Below, piece after piece: positions 52,355 through 64,000 of a stretch of DNA of 64,000 nucleotides. Source of the stretch: Octopus bimaculoides (Eukaryota). Location: positions 1,430,066-1,494,065 of the forward strand of contig NC_068997.1 of NCBI RefSeq assembly GCF_001194135.2. The letters run 5' to 3'. Numbering within the stretch: the first letter of the stretch is position 1; every line of letters starts with the position of its first letter. The notes below the pieces were generated by a model. The model had not been told where the DNA came from. It ran no database searches and worked only from the letters and a program-made list of their open reading frames with translations. The translations under genes and the position numbers were made by a program.

Positions 52355-53019
52355 CCTATCTACGTATTCCTCTGAAAATGTCTTTGTTCACATGTTATAA
52401 ATACATCTTTAGAAACCGTGAAAATGATATACATTAGGGAGAAATATAGAAATCGTATGAAAGACTAATGTTTTTGTACGGTGTTTCGAATCCGAGATAA
52501 AAGCGTGATATCTTTTTATGTTAGTCTAGTTTACATTAACGTTAGCACTACTACAAAATTAGGTACGAAGGCAAGATCTCTGATAAGAGATTATGTTGTT
52601 TGGGTCATTGTTAAATACAATTTTGACTAGTTAAACGAGAGAGATAAAAGATAAGGGTGAGGCGAAAGACAGAGTTAGTTAGAGAAAGAAAGAGATGGTA
52701 AGGAGAGTCAGCCATTTTAACATGTTGCTGTAATTTTTATTTACTCTGAAAGTTACTAAGAGAGAAAGAAAAGTTGAGCTTTATTGAAGAGCCAGAATCT
52801 ATCGTTGAAAACAGAAACGACAGAATTCTGAATTATTTCTATGGTTTTGTCCGTCAACGGTACAGTCTCTGAAAATATATCAAATATTTATATAATACAT
52901 GACTGTATTTATCCAGCACATATTCCTATAGAAGTACACAGGCATATATACACTCATATATATATATGTGTGTGTGCATTCATAAGATGTGTGTATACAT
53001 TTACGTATGTATGAAAACA

Positions 53020-53085
<66 letters not shown>

Positions 53086-53217
53086 NNNNNNNNNNNNNNN
53101 NNNNNNNNNNNNNNNNNNNNNNNNNNNNNNNNNNNNNNNNNNNNNNNNNNNNNNNNNNNNNNNNNNNNNNNNNNNNNNNNNNNNNNNNNNNNNNNNNATA
53201 TATATATATATATATAT

Positions 53218-53250
<33 letters not shown>

Positions 53251-53519
53251 CGTATATGTATATATACCTGTATGCATATATTCATATATGTCTACGTATG
53301 TATATATATATATTCGTGTGTACATTTGTATGTATATATATATATATATATATATAGAAATATATATATATATATATATGTTTTTGTTGTATGTCTTCAC
53401 TAATGTCAGTGTCGCAGTCGAACGTTACTCTCGATTACGTTTGACATCATAATGAAACGGAATACGGGATAATATAAATAACAATAATAAAGATAAAAAC
53501 ATTAACAACAGTAACAACA

Positions 53520-54560
53520 ACATTAATAATGGGTTACGGAACATGCTACTTTAAGAACGATATTGACAGGTTGTGTTACTAGACACTAACGTGGGCGAGG
53601 GTTAATCAGCGTTGAGAATCATATATCCTCATGAGAAAATTGCCTGATGTCGTAGATGAAGAATACTATAGAACTCTTTGTGAACGTAGTGAGGAAATCT
53701 GGATAGATACATACGTGGAAAGAGAGGAGTATGAAGAAAAAGAAAAAAGAATACTGAGTGAAAGATAATGGAATGGTAAAAATATGTACGGGTTGTTTCC
53801 GTGTGCATTGAGCAGTAATGCAGATACTAATGGAATGTGACGTTTGCTAAAGAAAAGTGGCTTCAAGCCAAGGACAGACGTGCTTATCTGTGCTACGCCG
53901 GAACAACCACTTAAGATCAATTACGGCATATGTGGGATTGACGATACAGGAGTAAGTGACCAGTGAAGATTGCGCTGTTATAAACGTGATTCTGTAAGGG
54001 ATAGCCTGAATGAATGTACGAAACTGGTTCAAAAAGGATACAAAAGAAGATACGATGTCACAAGAATGATTTATTGGCAAATTTGTGACAAGTATGGATT
54101 GGATTGAGCCAGAATGAGTGAGAACAATTAGCTATAGTAGTAATAATATCAACTGGCAAGTACTTGTAATAATAATAATGATAACGACGGTGTTTGCCAC
54201 AAGAAGATGAAAATTATTCATACTTCCACACATTACTAATTTACATATTAAATCATATATTCATATCTTGCTATAACATATGAGTGATCGAGAATGACAA
54301 GGTAACTCTACTGTGGTATATATCAATCGACTAAGATCATCCAAAGCAATATAAAGCGCCTGGTGATAACAGATTATCGGAAAGAAAAGAGAAGCAAACC
54401 AAATATGATGATTTGAAGTGGGAGTTAAAAAGAGTGTGATGACTGAAGAAGATGAATGTTGTAGCTGTTATACACTTAGGAACTCTAAGTGTCACGTACA
54501 CAAATTGGATTGAAGAGATAGTTATAAATATGAAGATAGGGCAACGCAGTGTTTTCGAAA
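53520..54560 (+). mobile_element. R4/Dong-like (RLE-type) non-LTR retrotransposon 3' region, degraded
   Basis: GRGLISVE; WNGKNMYG; LICATPEQ; ECTKLVQKGYKRRYD..IYWQIC; ENDKVTLLW; KYDDLKWELKRV..NVVAVIHLGTL. Confidence 0.85.
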
Positions 54561-54579
54561 TCTGAATGAAGAGTTACCT

Positions 54580-55000
54580 TCGCTCACTAGCAGATGACGG
54601 CAGATACATTCTTACGTTTCCTAGCGAAGTTGCCGTGTTAAACAATAATGATAACGACCATGATAACCATCTCCAAACCAAATGTAGTGAGCTACAACAA
54701 AAAAGTATAGACGCATGCATGACTTTATTAGAGATAGATTGCATTGAATTGTTAGTCAGATTTGCTGACTTATGAGCATGTGTCAGAGGCTGTAATGACG
54801 AATGGCTTCGACAAAATTTTATGAAATTTCTCCATTCACACTCAGTAGGAAAAAGGGTCAGATATAAGTTTACAACAGTAGAGGAGATACCAAACAAACT
54901 GAGAAAATTGAGTTGCATCAGAATTTAGCCAGAGACATGACGAGATTGTGCAACATAAAGGTGACAATTGGTCCGGTGCACTTGGCACAACACTCAGACT
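54580..55000 (-). pseudogene. Two FN3 remnants
   Basis: VVPSAPDQL..TISSCLWL (~54900-55000) and SSLHLVW (~54670). Confidence 0.55.
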
Positions 55001-55339
55001 GCTATCTATGAAGCTGTGGGATAGTGGAATGAAGACAAGACTGCACAAACATGTCACTGCCTATTCTGCAAGAATTCTATGAAAGATTCTTGAGATTTGA
55101 GAAAGTTTATCTTCATTAAAGCTCTGGAAAGCATTTCTGCTAATTAAATGAACATGCTATTGCTTCTGTATAATAAATGCATAATTGTATTATGTAAAAA
55201 AAAAGTAATAACTGTATATAACATTATAAAATGATTTTGTATATTAAAATATATACGGTCATACATACATATATACGTACGTACATACGTTCATACATGC
55301 ATATATTCATACATCTTTTACATTTTGCTTGATTAGCTT

Positions 55340-55685
55340 ATTAAACTCCGTCTATGCTGGGGCACTGCTTTTAGGGACTTTAGTCGAACGGCTCGGTCCC
55401 AGTACTTTTCTAAACCTGATACTTATTCTATCGATACTTTCGGCAAACCACTATCCTACTGGAAAGTAAACAAACCAACACCAATTGTCAAGCGGTGGTG
55501 GGAGACAAACACATACACAAACACACAAACACACACACGACACTCACATGATATATTGCCTTGGATTTTTTCAGTATCTGTCTACCAAATCCACTCACAA
55601 CTTTCGTTCGGCCCGGAATAATAAGAAGACACGTGCTCAAGGTGCCACGCGATAGGGTTCAAACTGGAACCTTATGGTTGATACA
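55340..55685 (-). mobile_element. SINE family A
   Basis: CTACCAAATCCACTCACAA, CAAACCAACACCAATTGTCAAGCGGTGG and ACTTATTCTATCG are revcomps of family A. Confidence 0.8.
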
Positions 55686-55924
55686 ATAATGTATTCCTTG
55701 AGGATTCGTGATTGAGCATTTGGAGTATTTATCGCAGGGTTCCAAACAACCATCATTGTGAAATGCGTGCATGAATTTTCATTTAAACTTATGTTTATCC
55801 CTTTTTCCTACGTTCACTCTGTCACTCATAATTAGTAATACTGTATAATTAGTAATACTGTATAATAGTTAGGTAACAACTATGAAGAAAGCAGACTAGA
55901 TTATGAAAGCCTGCGTGGAGCCCT

Positions 55925-56066
55925 GAACGTAACACGTGCGGTGAGCTGGCAGTATCGTCAGCACGCCGGACGAAACGCCGCTGAGCATTTTGCCTTTCCG
56001 TTCTGTGTTCAAGTTTCTCCGAGGTCATTTTTGCCTTTTCAATTTTATGGCATAAGTACCAGTAGA
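55925..56066 (+). mobile_element. SINE family B, partial and CpG-rich
   Basis: GCGGTGAGCTGGCAGTATCGTCAGCACGCCGGACG..CCGAGGTC..GCCTTT..ATAAGTACCAG. Confidence 0.75.
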
Positions 56067-56267
56067 AACGATTACACACACGCACACGCACACACACACA
56101 CACACACGCGCGCGCATACACACACACACACGCACATATATATATATATATATATAAATTTTTTAAAAAAATACTAAAACATTATGTACGTTAGTTGAAA
56201 GAAGTTGCCCAGTAGACNNNNNNNNNNNNNNNNNNNNNNNNNNNNNNNNNNNNNNNNNNNNNNNNNN

Positions 56268-56600
56268 GTCAAGATCACCAGCAGTCTACCTCCCACACAC
56301 AGCCCCTCGTTCCCGATCACCGTTCGTTATCTCCCCCTTTCTTAGCTCTCCTGAAATAAGAATTTCTAACTTCCGGTCAGTCAGCCATTGTTATGATCGG
56401 CCATTATTATGATTGACCGTTGACTGAACACTATTCAATTTTTTTTCTCTGTGTTTTTCTCCTTGTCTCCGTATTCTTTCTGTTGAAGAGCGTAGCTCGA
56501 AACGTCAAAGACTTTCCGTATTCCCGAGCGTCATACTAATATATACTTTTGTTATTTACACCACCTGTCCTCGTCTGTTGTTATTTTTTGTATAATCTCC
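56268..56600 (+). mobile_element. Penelope-like pseudo-LTR / 3' end
   Basis: Pyrimidine-rich tract containing a minimal hammerhead and ending in (TA)n; 5' side lost in an N-gap. Confidence 0.65.
56475..56511 (+). ncRNA. Minimal type I hammerhead ribozyme variant
   Basis: UCUUU-CUGUUGA-A-GAGC[GUA]GCUC-GAAA-CG-UC-AAAGA; stem I UCUUU/AAAGA; palindromic ACGU stem III; A6 is U and there is an extra A. Confidence 0.75.
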
Positions 56601-57461
56601 CATATATATATATATATATGCGCAAGACTTTCACAAGCACTAACACTATATGTGTATACAGATTTTACAAATACATTATCTATATAAATATACGTATATA
56701 TATGCACATATATACATGCATACGTATATACACATGTAGATAGTTATATACATACACATATACACGCATGCACACACACACATACACACATACATGTATA
56801 TACATCTAAACGCGTACATATAGATACATTTATACATATATGACTTAATATTGTTAAGTTAACTTCAAATTTAAATTGAATTTAACATATGTCTGAGCTT
56901 TTAGACAGCTATAATGACCTCTCAATAATGTAGCTGGCGTCATCCAGCCTCCCGCTCCTTCTGTCTTTCCCTCTCACTCTCTCTCACACACACATTTATA
57001 AAGTACACATTTTATAACATGCTATTATCGAAAATGTCTACAGGACAGATTTTATCTTCCGTGGGCAATGAAAATTAGAGTCAATTTTATTTGTTTCTTG
57101 TTGCTGCATTCCAACAGCAGATAAAGGCATATTTCTGTCCACTAACACACTTTTAGTATATTACTATTTATATAATTTATACAGTATAAATAGTAACACA
57201 CACAAACACACATACACACACACACACGCACACACAAACACACACACACACACATACATACATGCATACATACATACATACATACATACATACATGCATA
57301 CATACATACATACATACTCGTCTGAAGGCCGGACGAATATCTCAGGTCATTTAGAATATTTAATTAGAATAAGGTGAATCAAAAATGGGGAAGTAGAAGT
57401 AGTTAATGTCTTACAACTGTTTTCGAGATATCTCAGGTGATGGGTCAACATATCCATACAC

Positions 57462-57760
57462 CGGGCATTCTGTCTTCAGCGACAAGGTGTGTATTCAGGA
57501 AGGTTTTAGATTGAGCATTCGCAGTATATAAACGAATAAAATAGTAGTTAGAATAATAAAGGTCAGAAGAATAAACTTTACAGTTCATCTTGTTCCAGAG
57601 GGTATGGAGGTTAGTCCAAACTTCCACGAAGGTATAGCCCTTTAAGTACAATCCCAGGTAAATCCAGGCAGTATTTTGAATGTTGCATTCGGATTGAAGG
57701 AATAGATCAAGTGGTTAGCTTGTAAGAAAAATGGTCCGCATGGATACATGGTGTGAGAAA
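57462..57760 (-). pseudogene. Best-preserved FN3 exon of the RPTP relic
   Basis: PCGPFFLQA..AW..GLYLKGYTF..DLYYSNYYFIRLYTANAQ..VAEDRMP-G|gt (phase-1 donor at 57461); frameshifts in the 5' part. Confidence 0.7.
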
Positions 57761-57879
57761 GAAAGACATCATGATAGACAGATAGATCAGAGAGAAAGGG
57801 TGTGTGTGTGAGTGAAGAAAAAGAGAAAAGAAAAGAAGAGTAAGAGAAAAGGGAAGAGAAAGAGAAAAGAAATGATTTC

Positions 57880-58050
57880 AAATTTTGGCACAAGGCCAGC
57901 TGTTTTAGGTGGTCAACTGGTGCTTATTTTATCAACCCAAAAAAGGATGAAAGGCAAAGTCGGCCTCGACGGTATTCGAACTGAGAACATGAAAACGGAC
58001 AAAATACTGCTAAACATTTCGCTCGGTGTGCTAACGATTCTGCAGCTTGT
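57880..58050 (-). mobile_element. SINE family B
   Basis: AAAGGATGAAAGGCAAAGTCGGCCTCGACGG..GCTAACGATTCTGC. Confidence 0.85.
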
Positions 58051-58131
58051 CTCATAATAATAATAATAATACTAATAATGATAATAATAATAATAATAAT
58101 GATGATGATATTAATAATAATAATAATAAAA

Positions 58132-58175
<44 letters not shown>

Positions 58176-58176
<1 letters not shown>

Positions 58177-58627
58177 GACAAGACTACCGACAGCGACAAA
58201 AGCAGAATGTGTGGTGAGAGGTGCGAAACGGTATGGCACATCGTTAGAGGATGCCCGAAATTGGAACAACGTGAATACAAAAGACGCCATGACAATGTGG
58301 CAAGAACGATCCATTGGGAATTCTGTGGAAATCCCGGAGGATTTGAAATGGGAAATACGAATGTTGTAGTTAATGAGGAGAGTAGGCGTGATACCAATAG
58401 TGATTGGTGCACATATAAGTATCAATACCAGCATGGCTGAAAGAGATCGATGCAGGTGTGAAGGTAGAACACCTGCAAAAATCAGCATTGCTTGGAACTG
58501 CAACAATTCTTCGCAGGGTTCTTGCAGCATGACCAGTAACCAATTGTTACTTTAGTCTGCTAGCTGTGTACAGTGGAGGGGACACTTTCCATCATACCCA
58601 GTAAAATAAGCTGTGAGTTTTCATCAC

Positions 58628-58630
<3 letters not shown>
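58176..58630 (+). mobile_element. R4/Dong-like element 3' end, deleted, flanked by (AAT)n on both sides
   Basis: IDKTTDSDKSRMCGERCETVWHIVRGCPKLEQREYKRRHDNVARTIHWEFC; VIPIVIGA; EHLQKSALLGTATILRRVL*; then a UTR and (AAT)n. Confidence 0.9.
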
Positions 58631-58689
<59 letters not shown>

Positions 58690-58950
58690 CCTTTCTGCAA
58701 TAGGCACAATGCCTGAACTTTGGGGGAGGGTATAAATCGATTACATTGACCCCAGTGCGTAACAGGTACTCATTTAATCCACCCCGAAAGGATGAAAGGC
58801 AAAGTCGACCTCAGCGAAATTTGAACTCAGAACGTAAAGACAGACGAAGTCCGTCTTTACGTTCTGGGTGCCGCTTACGTTCAAAATGCCGCTTACGTTC
58901 ACAATGCCGCTTAGCATTTTGTCTGGCAGTCACACGATTCTGCCAGTTCA
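58690..58950 (-). mobile_element. SINE family B with an internal 18-bp tandem expansion, inside (AAT)n
   Basis: Core GGATGAAAGGCAAAGTCGACCTC; repeats of (TG)CCGCTTACGTTCA(A/C)AA at ~58868-58912. Confidence 0.85.
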
Positions 58951-58966
58951 CCTAATAATAATAATG

Positions 58967-59005
<39 letters not shown>

Positions 59006-59375
59006 GTAATAATAATAATAATAATAGTAATAATAATAATAATAATAATGATATGTAAGAAACGTCTCGTTTCATAGTGAGACAAATATATGTTTGAAAC
59101 AAGTGAATACAATAACAGTCAAATAACAACATGGCATCAAACATCTACGATAGACCTCAATTAAATTTACAGATTCCTCCCTTCACCACCACAAAACACC
59201 TGTTTATTCTTTGTTCTTATTTCCTACCAATTTGTAATTAATTCAAGCTATAAAAAACACTGCAACGAAATTGCTTAATGAGGCATATAAACTGTAAACG
59301 TTGATGCTAAAAGAAGGTAGAAAGGCCTCTGGCAATCACTAGTTGAACTTGCTAAATCAAAAGAAATAGTTGTAA

Positions 59376-59428
<53 letters not shown>

Positions 59429-59506
59429 TGTGTGATAATTTGGACACATGACTAACTATTAATGCTTGCTGCGCGACTATCTGTAATATTAAAGAAACTA
59501 ATTGAA

Positions 59507-59640
59507 TTATTTTTGGTACTGCGGTGTCTGTTTAGTGTTGGCAGTGGAGTCCGTGGTAGTCAGGGTTATAGCGGTGAATAACTGCATTGTAGTATGTTGA
59601 ACATATAAACATGGACACATATCTTTAAACAATATAGACT
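59507..59640 (-). pseudogene. Possible FN3 remnant (F-G strands)
   Basis: CLYVQHTTMQLFTAITLTTTDSTANTKQTP; weak. Confidence 0.35.
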
Positions 59641-59692
59641 TATGCACATAGGAAGAACTCACCGAAATAACTGTACTTATATATCTTTTTGA

Positions 59693-59749
<57 letters not shown>

Positions 59750-60454
59750 TCACGCATACGGTTGTGTGTGTGTATGAGTACAGATACAAAATGATGAATG
59801 TCTCATAAAACTAGAAACTGGTCAGACCTACCGAATTATGCGTATGTTAACAATATTGTGTAGGCGTGCGAATTTGCTTGTGTGTAACCGTGTATATATA
59901 GCACACACACGCATACATATGTCTGTGCGAGCATATGCGTCTGTTTACGTAGTAGTTTGCTCGTTATAAAGAGTACAAACAGATGTTCTTGTATGTTTGT
60001 ATTCCCATTTGTTGTTGAAACGTTCCATGCTTTAATAAGAACAAATATGGCCCCTAGGAAGATAAATATCCATGTAATATTTCTGTAAGTCTCTTTTTGA
60101 ATTGTTGGGATTTTATTACCACCACCACCACCACCACCACCACCACCACCACCATCTTCATCATCATCATTATCGTCATCATTGTAGATATTATGTTCGT
60201 TCAATTCTGTTTCCATTTGTTACCGAGTGTCTTCCCAATACGGAGGGCAAAGAAACTCACTGTATACATTGGTAGGCTATTAAAATAAATACACAAAGAT
60301 TGTTCATTTACAAAGTCATGTGATGAAAAAAAGGGGAAGAAAGCAGAGGGAAGGGGGGGAAAGGACAAAATGAAAAGAGCAAAGAAAATAAGGGGAAAAG
60401 GATAGAACATTCACAGCAACAATGCTTTTGTCAATTAAAGATTTGTTGTTGTTG

Positions 60455-60496
<42 letters not shown>

Positions 60497-60497
<1 letters not shown>

Positions 60498-60757
60498 GTG
60501 AGAGGGCAGTGCATGCCATCAAAGTGACACTGGGGTAAAATATACAAAGCCCGTCTGATATGGGTACACCAGGCACATGCATCACAACCATATGTGCGCT
60601 ACATGGTGATCTCATATCAAAATAAACAGCACATGACCTCGCAGGTGGGGCCCAGTTAGAATTTTCCTCAGGTCAAGTAGCCCATTTCGTTCAAAAGGTC
60701 CCTAAATAAGGTTTGTTTAAGGATATTGATAAAAACACCCATGTTTCCAAAGGTGAA
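60497..60757 (-). mobile_element. Probable LINE/SINE 3' end with an (AAT)n tail, cut by the 951-N gap
   Basis: GC-richer tract directly abutting (ATT)n; class not determinable. Confidence 0.45.
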
Positions 60758-61708
60758 NNNNNNNNNNNNNNNNNNNNNNNNNNNNNNNNNNNNNNNNNNN
60801 NNNNNNNNNNNNNNNNNNNNNNNNNNNNNNNNNNNNNNNNNNNNNNNNNNNNNNNNNNNNNNNNNNNNNNNNNNNNNNNNNNNNNNNNNNNNNNNNNNNN
60901 NNNNNNNNNNNNNNNNNNNNNNNNNNNNNNNNNNNNNNNNNNNNNNNNNNNNNNNNNNNNNNNNNNNNNNNNNNNNNNNNNNNNNNNNNNNNNNNNNNNN
61001 NNNNNNNNNNNNNNNNNNNNNNNNNNNNNNNNNNNNNNNNNNNNNNNNNNNNNNNNNNNNNNNNNNNNNNNNNNNNNNNNNNNNNNNNNNNNNNNNNNNN
61101 NNNNNNNNNNNNNNNNNNNNNNNNNNNNNNNNNNNNNNNNNNNNNNNNNNNNNNNNNNNNNNNNNNNNNNNNNNNNNNNNNNNNNNNNNNNNNNNNNNNN
61201 NNNNNNNNNNNNNNNNNNNNNNNNNNNNNNNNNNNNNNNNNNNNNNNNNNNNNNNNNNNNNNNNNNNNNNNNNNNNNNNNNNNNNNNNNNNNNNNNNNNN
61301 NNNNNNNNNNNNNNNNNNNNNNNNNNNNNNNNNNNNNNNNNNNNNNNNNNNNNNNNNNNNNNNNNNNNNNNNNNNNNNNNNNNNNNNNNNNNNNNNNNNN
61401 NNNNNNNNNNNNNNNNNNNNNNNNNNNNNNNNNNNNNNNNNNNNNNNNNNNNNNNNNNNNNNNNNNNNNNNNNNNNNNNNNNNNNNNNNNNNNNNNNNNN
61501 NNNNNNNNNNNNNNNNNNNNNNNNNNNNNNNNNNNNNNNNNNNNNNNNNNNNNNNNNNNNNNNNNNNNNNNNNNNNNNNNNNNNNNNNNNNNNNNNNNNN
61601 NNNNNNNNNNNNNNNNNNNNNNNNNNNNNNNNNNNNNNNNNNNNNNNNNNNNNNNNNNNNNNNNNNNNNNNNNNNNNNNNNNNNNNNNNNNNNNNNNNNN
61701 NNNNNNNC

Positions 61709-61810
61709 GGGATCGATAAAATAAGTACCAGTTGAGTACTGCGATCGATGTAATCGACTTACCCTCTCCCCGCAAAGGTTTCAGGCCTTGTGCCTATAAG
61801 ATAAAGAATT
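61709..61810 (+). mobile_element. SINE family B 3' half
   Basis: GATCGATAAAATAAGTACCAGTTGAGTACT..TTCAGGCCTTGTGCCTATA. Confidence 0.85.
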
Positions 61811-61866
61811 GAGGAAAGATAACTTCCTTTTCGGTTTACGCTCTCATCGCCATTTTAAAGCTGCAG

Positions 61867-61971
61867 TTGGAAAGGAAAGTGACGGTAGAAAGGGAAGTGA
61901 CGGTGGAAAGGGAAGTGACGGTGGAAAGGGAAGTGACGGTGGAAAGGGAAGTGACGGTGGAAAGGGAAGTG
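61867..61971 (+). repeat. 18-bp minisatellite (GGAAAGGGAAGTGACGGT) x~5.5
   Basis: Directly visible; explains the EREVTV/STVTSL ORFs. Confidence 0.95.
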
Positions 61972-62337
61972 CTACTTGCCAGTAAATTTGTTAAAAGACA
62001 GGTGGACTGTGGGGAAATGGTTAGAGTGAATGGCCCTACTCTATATGTGCAGCTGTAGAATGGAGAGAAGGAGAGAGGACTCATGCCTTTGATGGTAAGT
62101 GTAATCCTAAGTCTGTGAAGTCCCTTGATTGATCCCTAGGTAGAGATTCTCCTGTAGGAGGAGGACTGCATCATTGATGTTAATATACTTTGTATACTAT
62201 GTATACTTTTATCGCATTTCACCGTTTTTTCACCTTTCTTTCTTCCCATGGTTTATGTAAATCCCTACACTAAATGCTGTCTGTCCTTGTGATGTCCCCA
62301 TCATATATGCTCCTATGGCTAATAAAAGAAATTATTA

Positions 62338-62377
<40 letters not shown>

Positions 62378-62419
62378 CATCGTCATCATGAAAGCAGTGA
62401 TGATGATGATACCACGGAT

Positions 62420-62562
62420 GATGATTCAAATACCACGGAGGTCGACTTTGCTTTTCGTCCTTTCGGGGTTGATAAATTAAGTACCAGTTGCGTACTGGGG
62501 TCGAACAAATCGACTGGTCCCCTCCCCCCAAAATTTCGAGCCTTGTGCTTAGAGTAGAAAAC
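62420..62562 (+). mobile_element. SINE family B 3' part
   Basis: GGAGGTCGACTTTGCTTTTCGTCCTTTCGGGGTTGATAAATTAAGTACCAG. Confidence 0.85.
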
Positions 62563-62574
62563 ATCATTATCATT

Positions 62575-62863
62575 ATTACTTTTTTCTTCTTTCTTCAAAT
62601 TTTCTTCCATTTCTCGCCGTGTGTTTTTTGTATATCTAGGGCAGAAAAGCTCGTTGTATGCATTCCCAGTTTACACACGCAAGTTTACAGGTAAAATATG
62701 TATTTAAAAAAATTAACAAATGAATAAATTCCTGAATGGATGTTGTTTTCACAGCGATAATGCTCTTCTCAGTACATGACTCGTCCCAGTTAACACGATT
62801 CTTTGCACTTCCTGTAGGGATGGTAAGCCTGGTATCATTTTCAAATAGGTTTCAGCACCTTTT
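62575..62863 (-). mobile_element. 5'-truncated RLE-type LINE 3' end next to (AAT)n
   Basis: IKGAETYLKMIPGLPSLQEVQRIVLTGTSHVLRRALSL* then a UTR; the UTR resembles 60190-60330. Confidence 0.75.
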
Positions 62864-62889
62864 ATTATTATTATTATTATTACTATTAC

Positions 62890-62970
<81 letters not shown>

Positions 62971-62984
62971 CGTCATCATCAGCA

Positions 62985-63180
62985 TCAAGGCAGTGACAAA
63001 ATGCTTGGCGTCATTCCGTCCCTCTTTACGTTCTGTGTTTAAATACCGCGGAGGTCGACTTTGACGTTCGTCCTTTCGGGATCAGTAATATAAGTACAAG
63101 TTTAGCAATGGGGTTGATATAATCAACTCGTCACCTCCTTTACAATTTCAGGTGCAGTGCCTATAGTAGAAAGAATTATT
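62985..63180 (+). mobile_element. SINE family B
   Basis: ACAAAATGCTTGGCGTCATT..GGAGGTCGACTTTG..GTGCCTATAGTAGAAAGAATTATT. Confidence 0.85.
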
Positions 63181-63814
63181 ATTATTGATCGTTGAACAAG
63201 AAACTAGGCTGATTTCAGCTGCCTCAGTTTTTGTCAGAAACCTGCATGTATTCCCAATCTTTCAGAGGAATGTTTACCTAATTTTTCTCAGTCGTACAGG
63301 CATATACGAATGAATGAACGAATGAATAATGACTAGGAGTATTTGTGTGTGCATATGTATGTTCTGTATATGAAGTGTATACAGTCAACTATGTACGGAA
63401 CACATTTGAATGCATACGAAATGTTTGTGTAAGACGCACTGACAAAAGCAATATGTGATGATATACATCAGGACAATACACATCATAGTTTCTAAAGGGA
63501 GAGGGATTAATTAAAGAAACGCTGATAATTTTCGTAAATTAGTAGGTCATCACATTTTCAACTAAACTTCTCACACCGAACCATTGGGTTTCCTACTGAA
63601 ACAAACACTCCCAGAAAACATACACATATATAAATATATGTCTGCATATGCTTGCTCAAAAATATATACATACTTATGTATATATACAAACATGTGTACC
63701 GACACATGCAACACACACATATACATATATGTGATGTTGGATTAATCATCTACTAGTTGTTGAAAGACTGGTTAACCATGAAATAAATATAATGCCATAA
63801 ACTCCATATACTCT

Positions 63815-63950
63815 TCTATTTGTTTCACTCATTTAACTGCGTCGATGCTAGTGCAACCCTAGGACTTCTTCTATCGGTGTATTTTGCCGAACCACTAAGT
63901 TACGGGGACGTAAACCCACCAACATCAGTTATCAAGCGAAATACACACGC
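63815..63950 (-). mobile_element. SINE family A 3' part
   Basis: TTGCCGAACCACTAAGTTACGGGGACGTAAAC..CAACATCAGTTATCAAGCG. Confidence 0.75.

Positions 63951-64000
<50 letters not shown>

Noticed and set aside
60713-61775. Longest ORFs in the track (332-352 aa)
   Set aside because: Artefacts of reading through 951 N bases. The other X-, YI-, CV-, LS- and poly-I-rich ORFs are likewise gap or microsatellite translations.

Overview
AT-rich, microsatellite-dense animal genomic DNA with 12 N-gaps. The SINE, Penelope and mariner repertoire looks like a coleoid cephalopod, probably Octopus (inference). One intact gene is present: the 3' six coding exons of KTI12 on the + strand (7680-16396), whose last intron has textbook U12-type signals. 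The 5' (P-loop) exons were not found and probably lie upstream of the window. From about 31.6 to 59.7 kb the minus strand carries a heavily decayed, intron-containing receptor-type protein tyrosine phosphatase gene: about 13 FN3-like segments, a possible TM segment, and D1 and D2 phosphatase remnants in correct order. It is broken by stops and frameshifts and is not evident from the ORF track. The rest is transposon debris: full-length mariner and Tc1 copies, deleted mariners, a pogo-like element, MITEs, RTE and R4/Dong-like LINE fragments, Penelope-like fragments and four SINE-like families. It also holds two minimal hammerhead motifs, a twister remnant and several hairpins. All protein assignments are by manual translation and remembered family motifs; no searches were run. 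I did not find a clearly novel multi-gene system.
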